Assembly (NCBI GenBank): GCA_021613535.1
Contig: CP075493.1
Span: 9,176,001-9,240,000 of the forward strand
From: Adineta vaga
Lineage: Eukaryota; Animalia; Rotifera
Direction of reading: 5' to 3'
Length of the DNA stretch: 64,000 nt
The notes under the pieces were generated by a model. It saw nothing but the letters and a program-made list of their open reading frames with translations, ran no database searches and had not been told where the DNA came from. A program made the position numbers and the translations under genes. Shown piece by piece: positions 1 through 13,782 of the stretch (positions within the stretch are counted from its first letter, which is position 1; every line of letters starts with the position of its first letter).

Positions 1-132
1 AATCACATTGCTAGCGTCAAGATGTTCAAATGAATAGTTTTTATTTCGACAATACATGAAAACGAATTTTTTTGTATTAGAAAAATATGACAAGTTCATC
101 GATGATCACATATCATGGAAGTATTTTAATCA

Positions 133-864
133 TTATTGTGGACCTAGAAACACAAAGTTTAAACTCTTGAGATGGTGAAAGAGCGAGGAAAATAATGAAA
201 CTCACCACTGCTTAAGTCAGTGACTCGTAAATTAGCTAAATACTGTCTAGTTTCTATTGACTTTTGTGCTGATTTGAAGCCTCGACAATCTGGATCATAG
301 CATTTTTGGTAGTAAACATTTTTAATCGGATCAACAAGTAAATAGACTCGATTTTTCTTATGATTTCGTCGAACATTTTCACAATATCGATAATTTCCTG
401 TGATTTCCACTCTATACAATCCATGTCATTAGGTGGATGAACTTTTCGAATTTGACCACCATGTTCTGCCAGCATATTCGTTAAAAAGCGTTCAATATAT
501 GCATGTTCTCGAGGCATATGTTGATTTGCATCCACGTTTTCATTTGCTGTATGGAATTCTACATCACTATTACAAAGATCATTGCAAGCCTTTTCAGCAG
601 CTGATTGTTCTGCTGCTTTTTTTGATGGAAAATTATCGTTTCCGATGTACCAACGTCCATTTATTTCAACTTCAGCCTAAATGATTTGTGTTTCACTCAT
701 GACGAGAAGGATAGATATAATTCAAGTGTTAAACGTACCTGAAAAGATAGTTGACATAAAGCATTTGATTGTTGTTTAAATCGATAATTAGGCATTGGAA
801 GTTGGTTTTTTTGACAATGTTCTTGTAAACGGTTTTTCCAAGATATTTCAATTCCCATTGCCAT
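133..864 (-). CDS. dsRNA-binding domain fused to a PrimPol/UL52-type zinc finger; 3 exons; 1-nt frameshift near 420-428 (possible pseudogene or sequence error)
   Basis: Spliced read (intron 677-738, second intron about 144-205): MAMGIEISWKNRLQEHCQKNQLPMPNY...FQAEVEINGRWYIG...SKKAAEQSAAEKA is a dsRBM. After a frame change comes YRYCENVRRNHKKNRVYLLVD...YYQKCYDPDC, a C-H-C-C PrimPol C-terminal zinc finger. Confidence 0.75.
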
Positions 865-1751
865 CGTTATTCGTAACTGTTTACTTATATGTTATTTTAT
901 ACACTTACTAGAACTCGATTGATGATATTCAGAGATGTTTCGATAATTTAGGTACGTGTGATTTCGTACGATCAGATCATTTTTTATTTTGTTATTTCGA
1001 AACTGAAGTAGAGTAAATACATAAGATACGAGCGAAAGTGGGTTTTTTTAATGAATCACAATTTATAAACACTTGTTTACTTCCACGTAATCACGTTAGT
1101 TTTCATTGAACGATTGAATATTTTACTATTTAAATGATCCAATAGACATAGTCGATAATTCTTATCTTAATCACGGTAGATATTTTACCATATTGATTGT
1201 TTAAATGAAACAAAACTATAAAATGGCATATAGTATAGAAAACAAGTGACATCTTTTTCCGTTGTTTATGGTTATAGCTTTATTATATTTATTTTTTTGT
1301 TTCTTTGTAAATTTTATTGTTATTTGCAAGAATATAACATTATACTTAATTTAAAAAGCATGACCATTTCATCTTCAAACTCGATATATCGACTATAATT
1401 TCTTTGCTTCCTCTTGCTCTGCATCCTCTCATCAATGCACTATCATAGTTATTTTCGGCTATCTTTCTTTCTCGTAATTTTCTTCGACAGTTTCCTATTC
1501 GATTACATAGAATGCAGTTCCGACTCATTCATAATCGCTAAACGAGAAAAAAGAACGCCGTAAGTCAAAATATGAATTTTCTATTTTCGTCGTAGACATG
1601 TTTTTTTTAATATATTTCACACAAGTCTTATTAGACTATCAATAACAGCGAACAAGAAAAAGTTTTTGACTAATCATTACAGTAATAATAACAACAAGAG
1701 AGACACACATATCCACATGCTATACAAAAATTAACAGAGATCATTGACGAT

Positions 1752-4700
1752 TTATAATCGTGAATTGTCATCTAAAATAGAAAAGAAGAGAGGAGAATAA
1801 ACAATTCATTCTATTCTTTTACCATCCTGAGGAGCGGCACGTTTACGACCACGAGTAGCAGTTGAAGTTCGAGGTTTAGTTCCATGTCCACCGCCTGGTT
1901 CATCATTAAGAATACGACGATAGTTTATCAATGGTTGCCAAGCATCACCATCAATCGTTGCATTATGAACAAGTTTATCCACATGATCATAACTGAAAAG
2001 AAAAACAGCGATAGGTCGAAGAAGATCAATTCTTTCATAGTACTTACATGGCTTTTTTATCTGGCTTGAGAAGTTTCGAGGCAAATTCTGGTAAGACTTC
2101 AAGAAAGAGAATATTTGGACCTGGCTGTGTTGGATCATCATGTTTAAATAATGGTGTTAATGCAAAACGAATACATTCACTGGAAAAGATCAAACTTAGA
2201 TTCTAACAGAAAAATAAAAAAAAATAATTTTAGTATACCGATGAAGTGCAGCAAGTGCTTCTCGTTGTTTAGCCATATCAAGACCAAATGAAAGATTGAA
2301 TCGACGTGCTAATTCCTATTTACAGTACAAAACGCTGACAAACGTATTTGATTAAAATAAGTTTTCTTACTCGTAATGGCGATAAATCAATTGCAACTGC
2401 TTCATCATTACCAGCAGTTTCTTGTGCAGTATCGCGAGCAGCAACACAATCTTTATAAACCTATAAAACAAAGAATAGTTTAAGCCATTCTATAGATATC
2501 GAAAATTGACTTACCGCCATAAGACTGTAAGCCATTGTTTTCGCTGTATGAATTTTCGATATATCTCGAGCACGTGTAAATGTATTTTTGATAATATCAC
2601 CAAAATCATTGCTAAACTAAAGTGTAGAAATTAAAAGATAAACATTTCTTGTCGAAAAAAGAACTTTTTCAATTTACTTTAACATAATATTTTAAAATAT
2701 TCGTTGCAGCTTGAATTGGCAGGACATTATGCACGATTAATTTACAATAAGCAGCCAAGAGATTACGTTTTTTATGAAGAGTTTCAATTTTTGCTTGTTC
2801 ATCTTGATCTAAACGAAAGGTAATCGATGAATTATCAATGACAAATCATTTCTTCATTACTTTTTGGTTCATCAGCAAAAAACACATATGTATTTAAGAA
2901 TGTTAATAATGCTTGTATAAGATTTTCATTGATTTCAATAACAAGTACCTGATAATCAGGATTTTTATCAACTAAATGAGGACTCATGCTAATCAAAAGA
3001 TCACATAATGTTGAATAGGCATAATGACATATTTGAGTATTTGCATGTAACATTAATTTCTGACATAGAGCACATAATTTACGAGATCGTTTAACAAGTT
3101 TTTTCAGAATATCTTTATCGAATTGAATATCTAATTGATACAATCCCCAAAGTAAACTACGATTTGCAATACCAAAACATTTGTCCACAATTTCCGGTGA
3201 CATATCTTCATTATCAATAGCTGCTTTGAATAAGAGATGAATTTTATCCCATAAATCGACATTATCCAAATCATGACATCTACAAAAATCAAACATCTAC
3301 ATTTCTAATTTCAACAAAAATTGATTGTCTTACTGGTGAAAAGCATCTAATTTTCTCAAATTAAGTAATAATGGATATAGATCATCTTCATCGGCTTCAT
3401 CCTAAATCATATATACATTGATAAATCAAACAAGTCGAGCACTATATTGACATACCATTTCTTCGAAAATACCCATTGCTGCATTGAAATTTGCTAAAAT
3501 TTTATCGATAATGTTTCCTCGATGGGCAATAGCACGATTGGATAAAGTAAAACTAACATCACATACACATTCGAAACATTTTGAAACTGCATCAAAAATC
3601 TATACGAGACAAAAGGAGAAAAGTTTCTTCAAGAAAAGAAAATTTTATCAAACAAACTTCAGCTGTTGTATGACGTTGAACAATATCACTTAATGCAGTT
3701 AAATAAGCATCTAAATCACGCTCACGTCGAGTGGTTGTATAAACTTCATAATTAAAATGAAGTGGAATTTGAAGTAGATTAAGTAATTTATCAGCATCAG
3801 CGATATACTTTGAAAAATAATTGAAATTAATATACAAGAATGAAAGAAAGAATGATCTTACTTTGTTCAGTAATGGTGGTAAGGTACTTATAAAATGATC
3901 CGTTAATACTCGTTTATCATCTTCTTTTTGTTTTTGTTCTTTCATTGTTAACTAAGAAGAATAAATAAGAATGAAAAGAATTGATATCGAAAGAATTTAC
4001 TTTTCGATTGGGTTGACCTCGACCGATAGGATATTCACCAGTAGCTGCTTCTCGAACACAACAGACCATGATTTCAATTAAACAATTTTCATGTTGATCA
4101 TCAAGTGCTAAACATTTCAAAATACAAATTGATGCATTTTCCCCAACCGATAAAGCTTACGATCTTCTTCTTGATCTGGCGCTTCAAGTAAAATATCAGT
4201 CATACATTCCCAATCTTTCATCATAGGATGTTGATCCCACATCGAATCAACCAAATACGTCGCATGTTCATGAAGCTATGTAGATGAAAAAAAACATATA
4301 TTTGATTGATAATGAAATTCAGAAACTTACTTCACTTTCAATAAAGAATTGTACAAGTAAATGCATAAAAGCAGTATTTTGACTGCGTTTTTTTGAGGAA
4401 TTTAATGGTTGTTCAGCTTTATGAAATAATTTTTGATTGAGAAATTCTCCGGCTGCTTGTGCAACTTGACGATGTGAATGGTAGACAAGTTCATAGATAT
4501 TTTCACAATCTTTATCTTCAAGTATACGTTCATTAAATCTATTGACAAAAAATTGAAACGTTGATATTTCTTTATTTTATTTTTCAAATTCTTACTTTAA
4601 TATAGCTGTTAAAAGTTTAATGGCTTGAACAGCAACTTCATATTCACAATCCACTGTCATTTGTACAACACGATCCTAGGAAATCGAAGTGTAGATAATA

Positions 4701-6218
4701 AGCTTTAATTTTCTTCTAAAAAACGATGTTTACCTTAAATCGATTGGTAAATAATTCAAGTTTACCGACAAGATCAGTTGTTTGAAACAGTGGAATCAAA
4801 GCAAGTAAACATCGTAAACGACAATCGCCAACCTAAGCATACACGTTTGATTTTTATAAGCAACAAGGAAAACTTCTCTCCTACTTTATCATAAAGAGTC
4901 CAACCGATATATTTAAGATAAATATCATCAAGAAAAACCATCGGATAACTTTTCATCCATTCACCGAGTTCACTCATACATAAACATCGAATATCCGGAA
5001 CAATATCTCTAGAAAAGAACACGAATAACAAAGAAAGTTAGGATGACATTGAATCGAATATAGAATTCTTACCGATAACGATGAATAAAAACACCTTTGA
5101 AGATAAAATTCATAAAACTTTTGATTTCATTTTCATTTCCTTCAAGCTTAAAAGAACAAAACAAAACTCGGTTTTTGAAACGAATGATGTATTCAATCTA
5201 ACCTCCTTTCGTTTTGCTGTTAATGTATCAAGTCGATCAGCTGCTCGTCGTGCACTTGATTTTTGTCGTTCAGCTTCATATTGTCGTTGACATTGATCTT
5301 TTTGAATACTGATTGTCAATGCAATATCTACAAGTGCTGTCATGACTTTTAAAACTAAACGAACAGAAACTTGATTATTTTTAAAATCCAAATAGTGAAC
5401 AGATATTCTTACCAGCTAATGTACCCGTATGACGAAAAGCACGAACAGGTGAATCAGATAAAGCAGTTAATAATGTGACTAGATTATCAATCATATATTG
5501 ATCATAAATAATCGAATAAGATGCTTGTTTAATTAATAAGACAACAAATTCACAGAATGAAGTACGAAATTTTTTATATTGTAAACCAGCCATGATGATG
5601 GGATATTCCGATGTATCCTAAGAATGCGAAATAGAATATATTTTTTTATTTTTCAGAAAAGATTGTCTTTATTACCTCATCAAAATGTTCAGTCATTGCT
5701 CTTAGCATATCGACATGTTCCATTTTTAAATACATTGTTTGTGTTAATTTTCCTTTACAACCGCTTGAATCCAAAAAGAATTGCATTAATTCAATTAATG
5801 CTTCATCACGATTTGCTTGATACGAATCAATCCATTGATCGACTAAAACTTGAATATTTGTTTTTCCAGCTAATAAATGATGAAAATAGCCTTTCTCTTC
5901 TGATTGTTGTCCACCATAAGTTGTATTATTTCCTGTTGTCATCGTCACTGAACCAGTTTCTATTGAATCATCATCTGCTTGATTTATTGTTGCACTAGTT
6001 TTACGTCCACCACGTGATGCTCGTCCACGTCCGCGTCCAGGTGTTGTTGATGGTCGTCCTCGTGAACCTGCTTTTGGCTGAAATTCTTCTCCTTCATCCT
6101 CATCATCGTCATCGACTTCATTGGGCATTGTTGACATGACCGATGCAGGTGGTTCTACAAAATCATCACCAAGTGAACGTTGAACATGTTGTCTCATTGA
6201 ACGTGTACTTCCGTTCAT
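1752..6218 (-). CDS. STAG1/2: Cohesin subunit SA (stromalin/STAG/Scc3), multi-exon
   Basis: Exons encode [82 protein letters not shown] and [10 protein letters not shown]. The last exon ends DDNSRL*. Confidence 0.95.
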
Positions 6219-6617
6219 TGTTATTTATTCAATCTGAAATAAAAATGAAAAGGGTAGGATGGTTTTTTTTGTTATTATTATTTTCATGTGTTTTGTTGTT
6301 GTTCTAATAGAAACATACATAAAATATTGGTGAAAAATAAAAATGACATCGAATCTCTAAAAATTACCAAGACAATAAGCAGGTAAGAAATGAAGAGAGA
6401 GAAAAGTATCACACAAAAATCAAACGGAAGGAAAAATCGGGGATATAGAAAACAAAAACGAATGACTAACAAGAGGAAAAGAAACGCGATCCTTTTGCAT
6501 AGTGATCTAAGTAGTTGATAGAATATATTTGATTTAATAAAAGCTAAAAAAAACCGATTTGTATAGATCTCTTGCTTTTTCTTGCATATAAATAGCTTGA
6601 AGGCATTTGATATTTGT

Positions 6618-9600
6618 TTAATCACTATCATCGGAATGTGAATTATTTTCTGTTTCACTTTGAGACATCGATTGCTCTTTCATATCAATTTCAACAGGTG
6701 CAAATTCTTTTTTTTCTTCTTCTTTAAATGCATATTCAATATCAAGAGTATAAGTAAATTGACTTTTTGGACGTATCCATTTTTCTGGTGTTTCTTCAGC
6801 GCCTGGTACAGCAACGGATCGAATCTATTGAAGAAAAAACAAAATATAGTTTTAATTGAGAAAAGAAAAATGTTTTTACTTGGCAATGTGAAATAAAAGC
6901 TTGTGACATTGAATATTCAACATCTGCAGTAGGTTCATATTTATCTGGTATTGGATCATATGATGGAACTGTTAATTTACATTCAAATATATGAGTTTTA
7001 TAAGCACCTTGATCTCGTTTTGGTAATTGATCAATACGCCAAACGATTGAGCGAAATGCTTGTTCATATTTAGCTACACCAACGGAAGCAGCCATCATCG
7101 CAGCAAGAGGATCACCACGATGAAGCATAAAACGATCAAGACCCTAAAAGGAATGAGCAATCTTCTTCAAACATAGTTAAATAATTTGATTTGTTCAAAA
7201 TTGTACTCGAAATATATCATTTTAATGGATTCTGACTTCAAGCAGAGCTACTGTCATCATCTTCATTGCGTGTCAATATTAATGCAAATTTCATTCCGTA
7301 TGATTTCATCTTTGGTGCTACTAGTCACAACGGAAGTGAGATCTTCGATTTTTTTTACTAAAGAAGCTTTCAAAAAAGTAGAAGATTATCTCAAAGGTCT
7401 TTATCGTTTCCTCTTTAGAGAAACACACACAGACCGTATTCGTGTTAATTATCATGTACGTCAGTTAAATTCGATAATGATTCTACGCATTATTACTCTT
7501 AACATCGTGACATACAATCATTATTCACATGTTACAAAAGAGAACTCCAATGAATCGTATTTCCTTCATCAATTATGTTGAGCTTTCTATTCTTGAATGA
7601 GATCAACAGACACTTCATCAAAAAAACTGAATGAACATATTTGATGTATCTCTTTTTTATTTCAATTACGTCTGCATATTAATCAGTTCCTATCTAATCA
7701 AATTATAGACTTCCTTCTATAAGAAGATTTTTTCTTTCTCTAGAGAATGACATCTGCAGAAATTTTATCGTCCTTACACGATACGACATACTCACACAAA
7801 GTGAACATCTCTCTCTCTCTAATTTACCTTGATTTTTCCTGCTTTACGACGAACACTATGTATTGCTCCATAACGAAAACGTTTTTCCACTCGAAACATG
7901 TAAACCCATGCATCGGGTATAGGAAAACGTATCTGAATGTTTTCACATGGACATTGTTCATCACTGTTATCATCACGTATATTAGCAGTTTTATCATTAG
8001 TTGCCATGGATGATGCTTTCGATAATATACTGATATTAAATGCATTTGAAACAATAACTTCAATACGAATATTAACTTGTCGTTCAATAACCGACATAAA
8101 ACAATAAACCTATAAAAGAAATGAGTATGATTTGTTTTTTGCTTGAAGAGAAAATTTTGATTGATTCCTACCTGTAATGGTAATTCAACATTTTGTTTTG
8201 GACGTGTACGAAAACGCATAATTTCAATTTTTTGACTATCTGGTGGTATTAATTTAAGTAAATGTGTATCTTCATATTCTTTAGCATCAATAATTGTTGC
8301 TAATTCAACTTGTTCTGGTTTAATCCAATATTCTTGTAATGTTTTATTAATAATGATTTCATTTCGTTTATTAATTTCTTTACCATGACGAAACCAATCA
8401 TTCATACCAATTTCAACAACAGGTTCTAGTCCATTGAGAAAAGCTAAGATAAATACACGTGTACGAGATTTATGTTTACAAATATGACGATATTTATCCA
8501 TATGTGCATAGTATTCATCAAGAATTTTAATTGTTACTTCTTCTTTAATATGTTTTTGTAATCGACTACGAGTAACAGGCATTGACCAGAATAAATCATC
8601 TAATACAATTGAAAATTGTTTTAAATAATCATAATTTAATGTGCCAAATTTAACAATTTCTTGTTGAACACAATTTGCATGATCGAGTAAAACTTGTTGA
8701 GCTTTATTTGGTCGAGTAAATTTTCGAAGTAACTTTTCTGGTAATGTTACAAGACGATCCATACGAACTTGAGGAATTTCTTTATAGTTAGCTTCGAAAA
8801 TTTTTAATGTATGAATTTTTGAATAGTGATCATGTTGTTGAAGACTTAATTTGCTTATTTGATACCATGTTTGCAATTCAATTTCAGCAAATGATTGTTC
8901 AGGTGCTTGAGACTGATAGAATCGTAATTTCTTCTCTTCGAATGATATACGAATATAACATTCTTGCCAATTACGTGTTTCACTAAATCTTTGAAATGTA
9001 CTTTTATATAAATCTTTTTGTCGTAATGGTACACGAATTTGTAATTTCCATCCATTTGGTTGTTCAGTTTGTAATTGTTCGATTTCAATATGATACGCTT
9101 CTAATGGCGCACTATCATCAATATCTGGTTCATGTAAATAATAATCCAATGGTGGTGATGGAGGTTTCTCTTGCTAGAAATAAGAAATATCAATTGAAAA
9201 ACTTTCTATGAATCATAACTAAACAACACCAACCTTGTTTACAATTGTAGTAGACAGACAAGACAACATATATACATGTTACAATATCAAAGCATACCCT
9301 GACTGTTTCATGTTGATTAAGCTTCGTTTCTTCTCGTTGCTCATCTTCTGGCCAATCTGTATTATGATTATTATTTTGTTTTTGATTAGTTTTATTTTTA
9401 ACAGGTTTTGAACGAAATGTTGCTAATGGATCAAATTCATCTTCGGTTTCCGATGATGATGAACTGGCATCATCGCTTGCTTCTTTATATTTCTTGGATG
9501 TTGATGGCGAGGGTGGTGGTGGTAATAATGGAACAGGAATATTCATATCATGAAAAGATGTATCAGATTTCTTTTCTGCAATCTTAAAAACCATTTTTTC

Positions 9601-10824
9601 ATCATCAGAATCATCGGAATCATTTCCATTTGCTTTTGCTTTTGCTTTTGCTTTTTTACTATCAAAATAACCATGTGGAACAATATTGCTATCATTATGT
9701 TCACATGTTGGTTCATGAATACAAATTGATGGTACTTCTTCATTTGATGGACGACGTATAATTGGTCGAGGTAATGCAGCTGGTGGAGATGCAACGGATT
9801 CCTGAGCTACTTCTTCTACAGTTGCTAATGTTGATGGTGGGTATTTATAAATACTTCCTAGAAGATCTTCTGTACTTTTTAACATATTGATATCGGTTTT
9901 CTTTGATAGACCACTTAATTTCGGATCGACAGCACACATTAAATCATCCGATTGAGTTAACCAATCGAGAAATTGATCATCAAACGGTGTTGTCGACGTT
10001 GTTGTACCTGTCATAATTGTCAATGCGGTTGCTTGAGCACGTAAAGTACTTGGTGATGTTGTTAGAGCATTCGTCGGTAAAGAATGATACGATGCAGCAG
10101 ATGGAATATTCGATTTTGCAGTTAATGAAGATGTTGGAGATGTTTTCTTTGTGTGATCTAATTTTTGAATATCAGTTAAACTATCACTTTTTAGTACTTT
10201 AACTGGTGTTGGTGATGCATTCGGTTTTTTATTAAGACCAAGAAGATCATAAGAAGATTGAACTTGATCCGAATGTTGTAATGAATTATCAGAATTATTT
10301 GCCGTTAATGTACTTGGATCGACATTTTGATCAAATAGAAGATCAATTGGCGATGCTTGAACAGGTGTAGTTGATACTTCATTTGTAATGGTCGGAATTG
10401 AAAATGGATTGATTAAATTAATACTTTTAGAATGCGTAATATTATTATTATTATTAAGAGATAAATTATTTGTTTTATTTTGAAGATCTTCAAATGGATC
10501 AAATGTTGTTGTTGTTGTTGTTAGAACAGTATTTGATTCATTCTTATTTGTATTCCAGTTAGATGATGATAGAAAAGTATCATTTCCATTTTGTGGTCGA
10601 TCAGATTCATTATTCGTTGTTTCAATTATAAATGGACTATCGTCAAATCGTTGTGAAGATGCAGATAGTTTCATATCAGTTGAAATCCCAAATGGATCAA
10701 TATTTGATTGAGATAAATTTGTATCAGTTGATATACCAAATGCATCCACTGTCGATGATGTATCAAATGGATTGTTTGGGTGATTATCATCTGAACCGAA
10801 AACACCAGCAAATGTACTAAACAT
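6618..10824 (-). CDS. stnB: Stonin / stoned-B endocytic adaptor (NPF/DPF-rich N-terminus, stonin-homology and mu-homology domains)
   Basis: N-terminal NPF, DPF and DAF motifs; GWKLQIRVP...RNWQECYIRI; CENIQIRFPIPDAWVYMFRVEKRFRYGAIHSVRRKAGKIK; GVAKYEQAFRSIVWRIDQLP. Confidence 0.9.
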
Positions 10825-11754
10825 CTTGATGATTATTGAATCGTTCTGATTAAAAAATCGATCATGACGTGATACTAAAACATAAAAATAATATCTATGT
10901 ATATATAGCAAATAGTTATTATTATTAATAGTAGTGATAAAGAGAAAGAAAGAGAATCAGTTTAGATTTTTTTTAGAAGAGAAGAATGTCAAATGACAAT
11001 CCGAACGACGTCAACGCCTCCGCATTATTTTCTTTCTTTAAGGCTGTTTTCTGTTTCTCGTCGCATTCTTTTTTTTTCTCTTCTCCATTCTTTATTTCCT
11101 TATTCAGTTCAGTGCGTTCAACTCGCGCGCTGTTAAGTAAACAATAATAACAGAAAAGAAAGAACGATAAAGACAAAGCTAAAAAACATGTATATACATC
11201 CATTAGCAAACAGAGAAAAAAATGACAAACAAAGTCAGATAGATTTGATTGGTTCAAAGCGATATTTTTGATTAGAATGAAGCTTAAATCATTGAACGAT
11301 TTACTATAGACTGATATACTTTCCTTCTCAAAAAGGAGAGAATTACTGTTGAATAGAGGTCGCTAGTTTGTGTTCATAAAAATATGTGATATTTTGCTTC
11401 CAGAAAAATGGAAAAAATAACATATCTCATTTTAAAAGTATTGACCTTTCGGAATAACATCAACGACGTATGTGAAATCTTAGAGATTGAATGTAATTCT
11501 TTGCAGAATCAACTAATGAATTATCTGAGCATGATCTTGAACTTTTTTAAATGTCGTTTCTTATAGAAAATTAGAGAAACATATTTTTATTATTCAGGTA
11601 AATTTAGCTTTGACGTCCTTAAGATGATCTAGAACAATTTTCTATATCGAGTAAATGAAATAATAGAAAAGAGTAGTCTCTGTGAGTACACACTCATATT
11701 AAACCTTTCCAAAGAGAAAACAATTCTGAATAATCAATAAAACGAGTATAATAT

Positions 11755-11940
11755 CTATAATGAACATTACACGTGCAACTTCATCGTTACGACAGATGAT
11801 ATCTCTATGGGGGTAAAGATGTATGCACACAGTTTCAAGATGACATTTATGAAAGATAGTTACCTGAGAATAATAGAAAACTTTTCATGCATTCTATCGG
11901 AAAATTGATTATTTATTGTTATAAATTGTCATAAAGAATT
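11755..11940 (-). pseudogene. Decayed duplicate of one exon plus flanking intron of the neighbouring CNG channel gene
   Basis: Aligns by eye to about 14785-14990 (acgtgcaacttca, gtaaagatgtatgcac, atgaaagatagt, tgcattctatcggaaaa, gattatttattgt), with deletions. Confidence 0.85.
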
Positions 11941-12243
11941 TAAGTGATTGAGCGAATCTTTACAGAGAGTTACATCATTTCATTTTCACTAATCCCTTCT
12001 TTAATATTCTCAAATTGACATAGAGCACTATCTTTTTAGGACCGAACGTTAATATAAAACAAAATTATTACGATTCAATATTCTAGAGAAAGTATCGAAG
12101 AAACAAAATCGTCGACAATCTTTCGAAATCTTCGATTAAGCGATCATACAAATGCACTTTGAATTATCATAATTATGTGTGTGTGAATTCTAACTATTGA
12201 GATTTATATCTGGATATATAATAGATATTTTGATAATCGCTCA

Positions 12244-12340
12244 AATACGGTGTCCAAAATTGTGTTCGAAAGTATTTAAACGGATAAGAACATCGATGAA
12301 AATTCTATACTGTTCTTATCTTTTTGGTGCACATCGTATT
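12244..12340. mobile_element. Small hairpin / MITE-like remnant
   Basis: Imperfect terminal inverted repeats (aatacggtgtccaaaa / tttggtgcacatcgtatt) and a perfect inner inverted repeat (gataagaaca / tgttcttatc). Confidence 0.4.
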
Positions 12341-12867
12341 CCATCTTAAATTTGATTTTACACTTAAATGAAAAGCCCGATCTTTCAACAAAAGTAAGCT
12401 TTGAACAGAAGAGATATTTAATTTCATATTCATCCTTAACATTAGGCGAAGAGATGATTTAGAAATGTTTTATTCAATTTTCGATTATCAAACAAAAGTG
12501 TGATTGAACACAGCAGAAATAAAAACATTCATTTTTGCCGAATATTTCGATGATTGCCAACTGTGAGAGTACCTTGGTAAATAGATTGCTTTGCTTGCTT
12601 CTAATTTTGGAAGTAATATATCAATCAGCAAAAGAAAAAAAATCTAAGAAGAGAGTAGAGGTCTCTATAATGAATAAATTTTCAGTAGCCAATTAATGGT
12701 AAGTTTTCGCATACCTAAAATTCACTATATTCATACTTCACAAGGACAAATGAGACAAATTTAATGGCAAGCAGCGAATCAATTAGTATTAAAACAATTC
12801 AACAAATGGGTAGAACTACAAAAGAAACATGTGAACGTGCACGTATCAATATACAAAGGATACAGAT

Positions 12868-13372
12868 AGACTTCTTTATCAACGATCTACATCGAACAAC
12901 TAAAGTAAGCGAAAGGCAGTCTAATATCGTTTAACATTTTCTTATCTACCCGTAAGACTCGAGAAGTTTCAATTGATTTTGCTGAACGCGCTGAAACCAA
13001 TCCAGTTTTGGTTGGTATCCTCTTCGTAATGAGAATAGAAATTGGGTCAATCAGCAACACCGTTTGCATCAATTTGTGATCTTAATGCTATTCCGAGTGA
13101 AGATGAAGTGTAAATAACAAACTGTTCGAAGTGAGTTTGATACTTACTAGTGATAATGACAAAGAATTACATACACTGACCGAACTCTATGAGAGGATAG
13201 TTTTCCTAACAAAAATGGATGGTGTAGACTAATTTTAGTACTAATTAAATTGAATCAAAATGACAAGGCTGAGGAGATCTATGAAAAAGCTCCTACAATA
13301 CGGGAACAATCATTATCAGCACATCATCTTTATCTGCCGTGGTATAAAAGTAACCTAAATGAAATGAAAAAG
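12868..13372 (+). pseudogene. Remnant of an ADP-ribosyltransferase (ART)-TPR gene
   Basis: Broken frames give FFINDLHR, KGSLISFNIFLSTRKTREVSIDFA...LVGILFVMRIE, TPFASICDLNAIPSEDEV*, LTSDNDKELHTLTE and GWCRLILVLIKLNQNDKAEEIYEKAPTIREQSL, with frameshifts, stops and deletions. Confidence 0.75.
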
Positions 13373-13782
13373 ACATTTTAATTCGTATCTGTTTTGCTTT
13401 TTTGTATTAAAGAAAAACTATTCAATATACTTGATCAAACGGAACCAGCCAAGCAATTTATTTCTGCAAGACTCTTCTCAACGAAAGAGACAATAATTAT
13501 TGACATCTGAGTAACCAAACGAGAAAGAAACGAGGAAAAGCATTTGACCATGGTATAGTAAATCAATTTCTGTTAGGTATTCTAGATATCTTTATTTTGT
13601 ATTTCATTAGAAGTTTAAATTGACCTAAGTTTTTCTGAGAAAATGTAAAGAAAATTCGAGTATTTATTTAGTTTTTATTGAATAAATGTAAAAATACATT
13701 TTTGAACAAATGAAATAATAAAAAAGAATAGTCCCCGAGAGACAGCCGTTCATTATAGACAGAATTATAAAAGCAATCTGCT

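Noticed and set aside
6284-6658. 124-aa hydrophobic ORF between stonin and STAG
   Set aside because: T-rich UTR sequence with GTG start, overlapping the stonin stop in another frame.
7186-7581. 131-aa + strand ORF inside the enlarged stonin intron
   Set aside because: TTG start and no recognisable domain; it may be a decayed insertion but cannot be supported.
12480-12866. Coding-like fragments (IKTIQQ, GRTTKETCERARINIQRI) faintly resembling a KH domain
   Set aside because: Too short and interrupted to call without a search.
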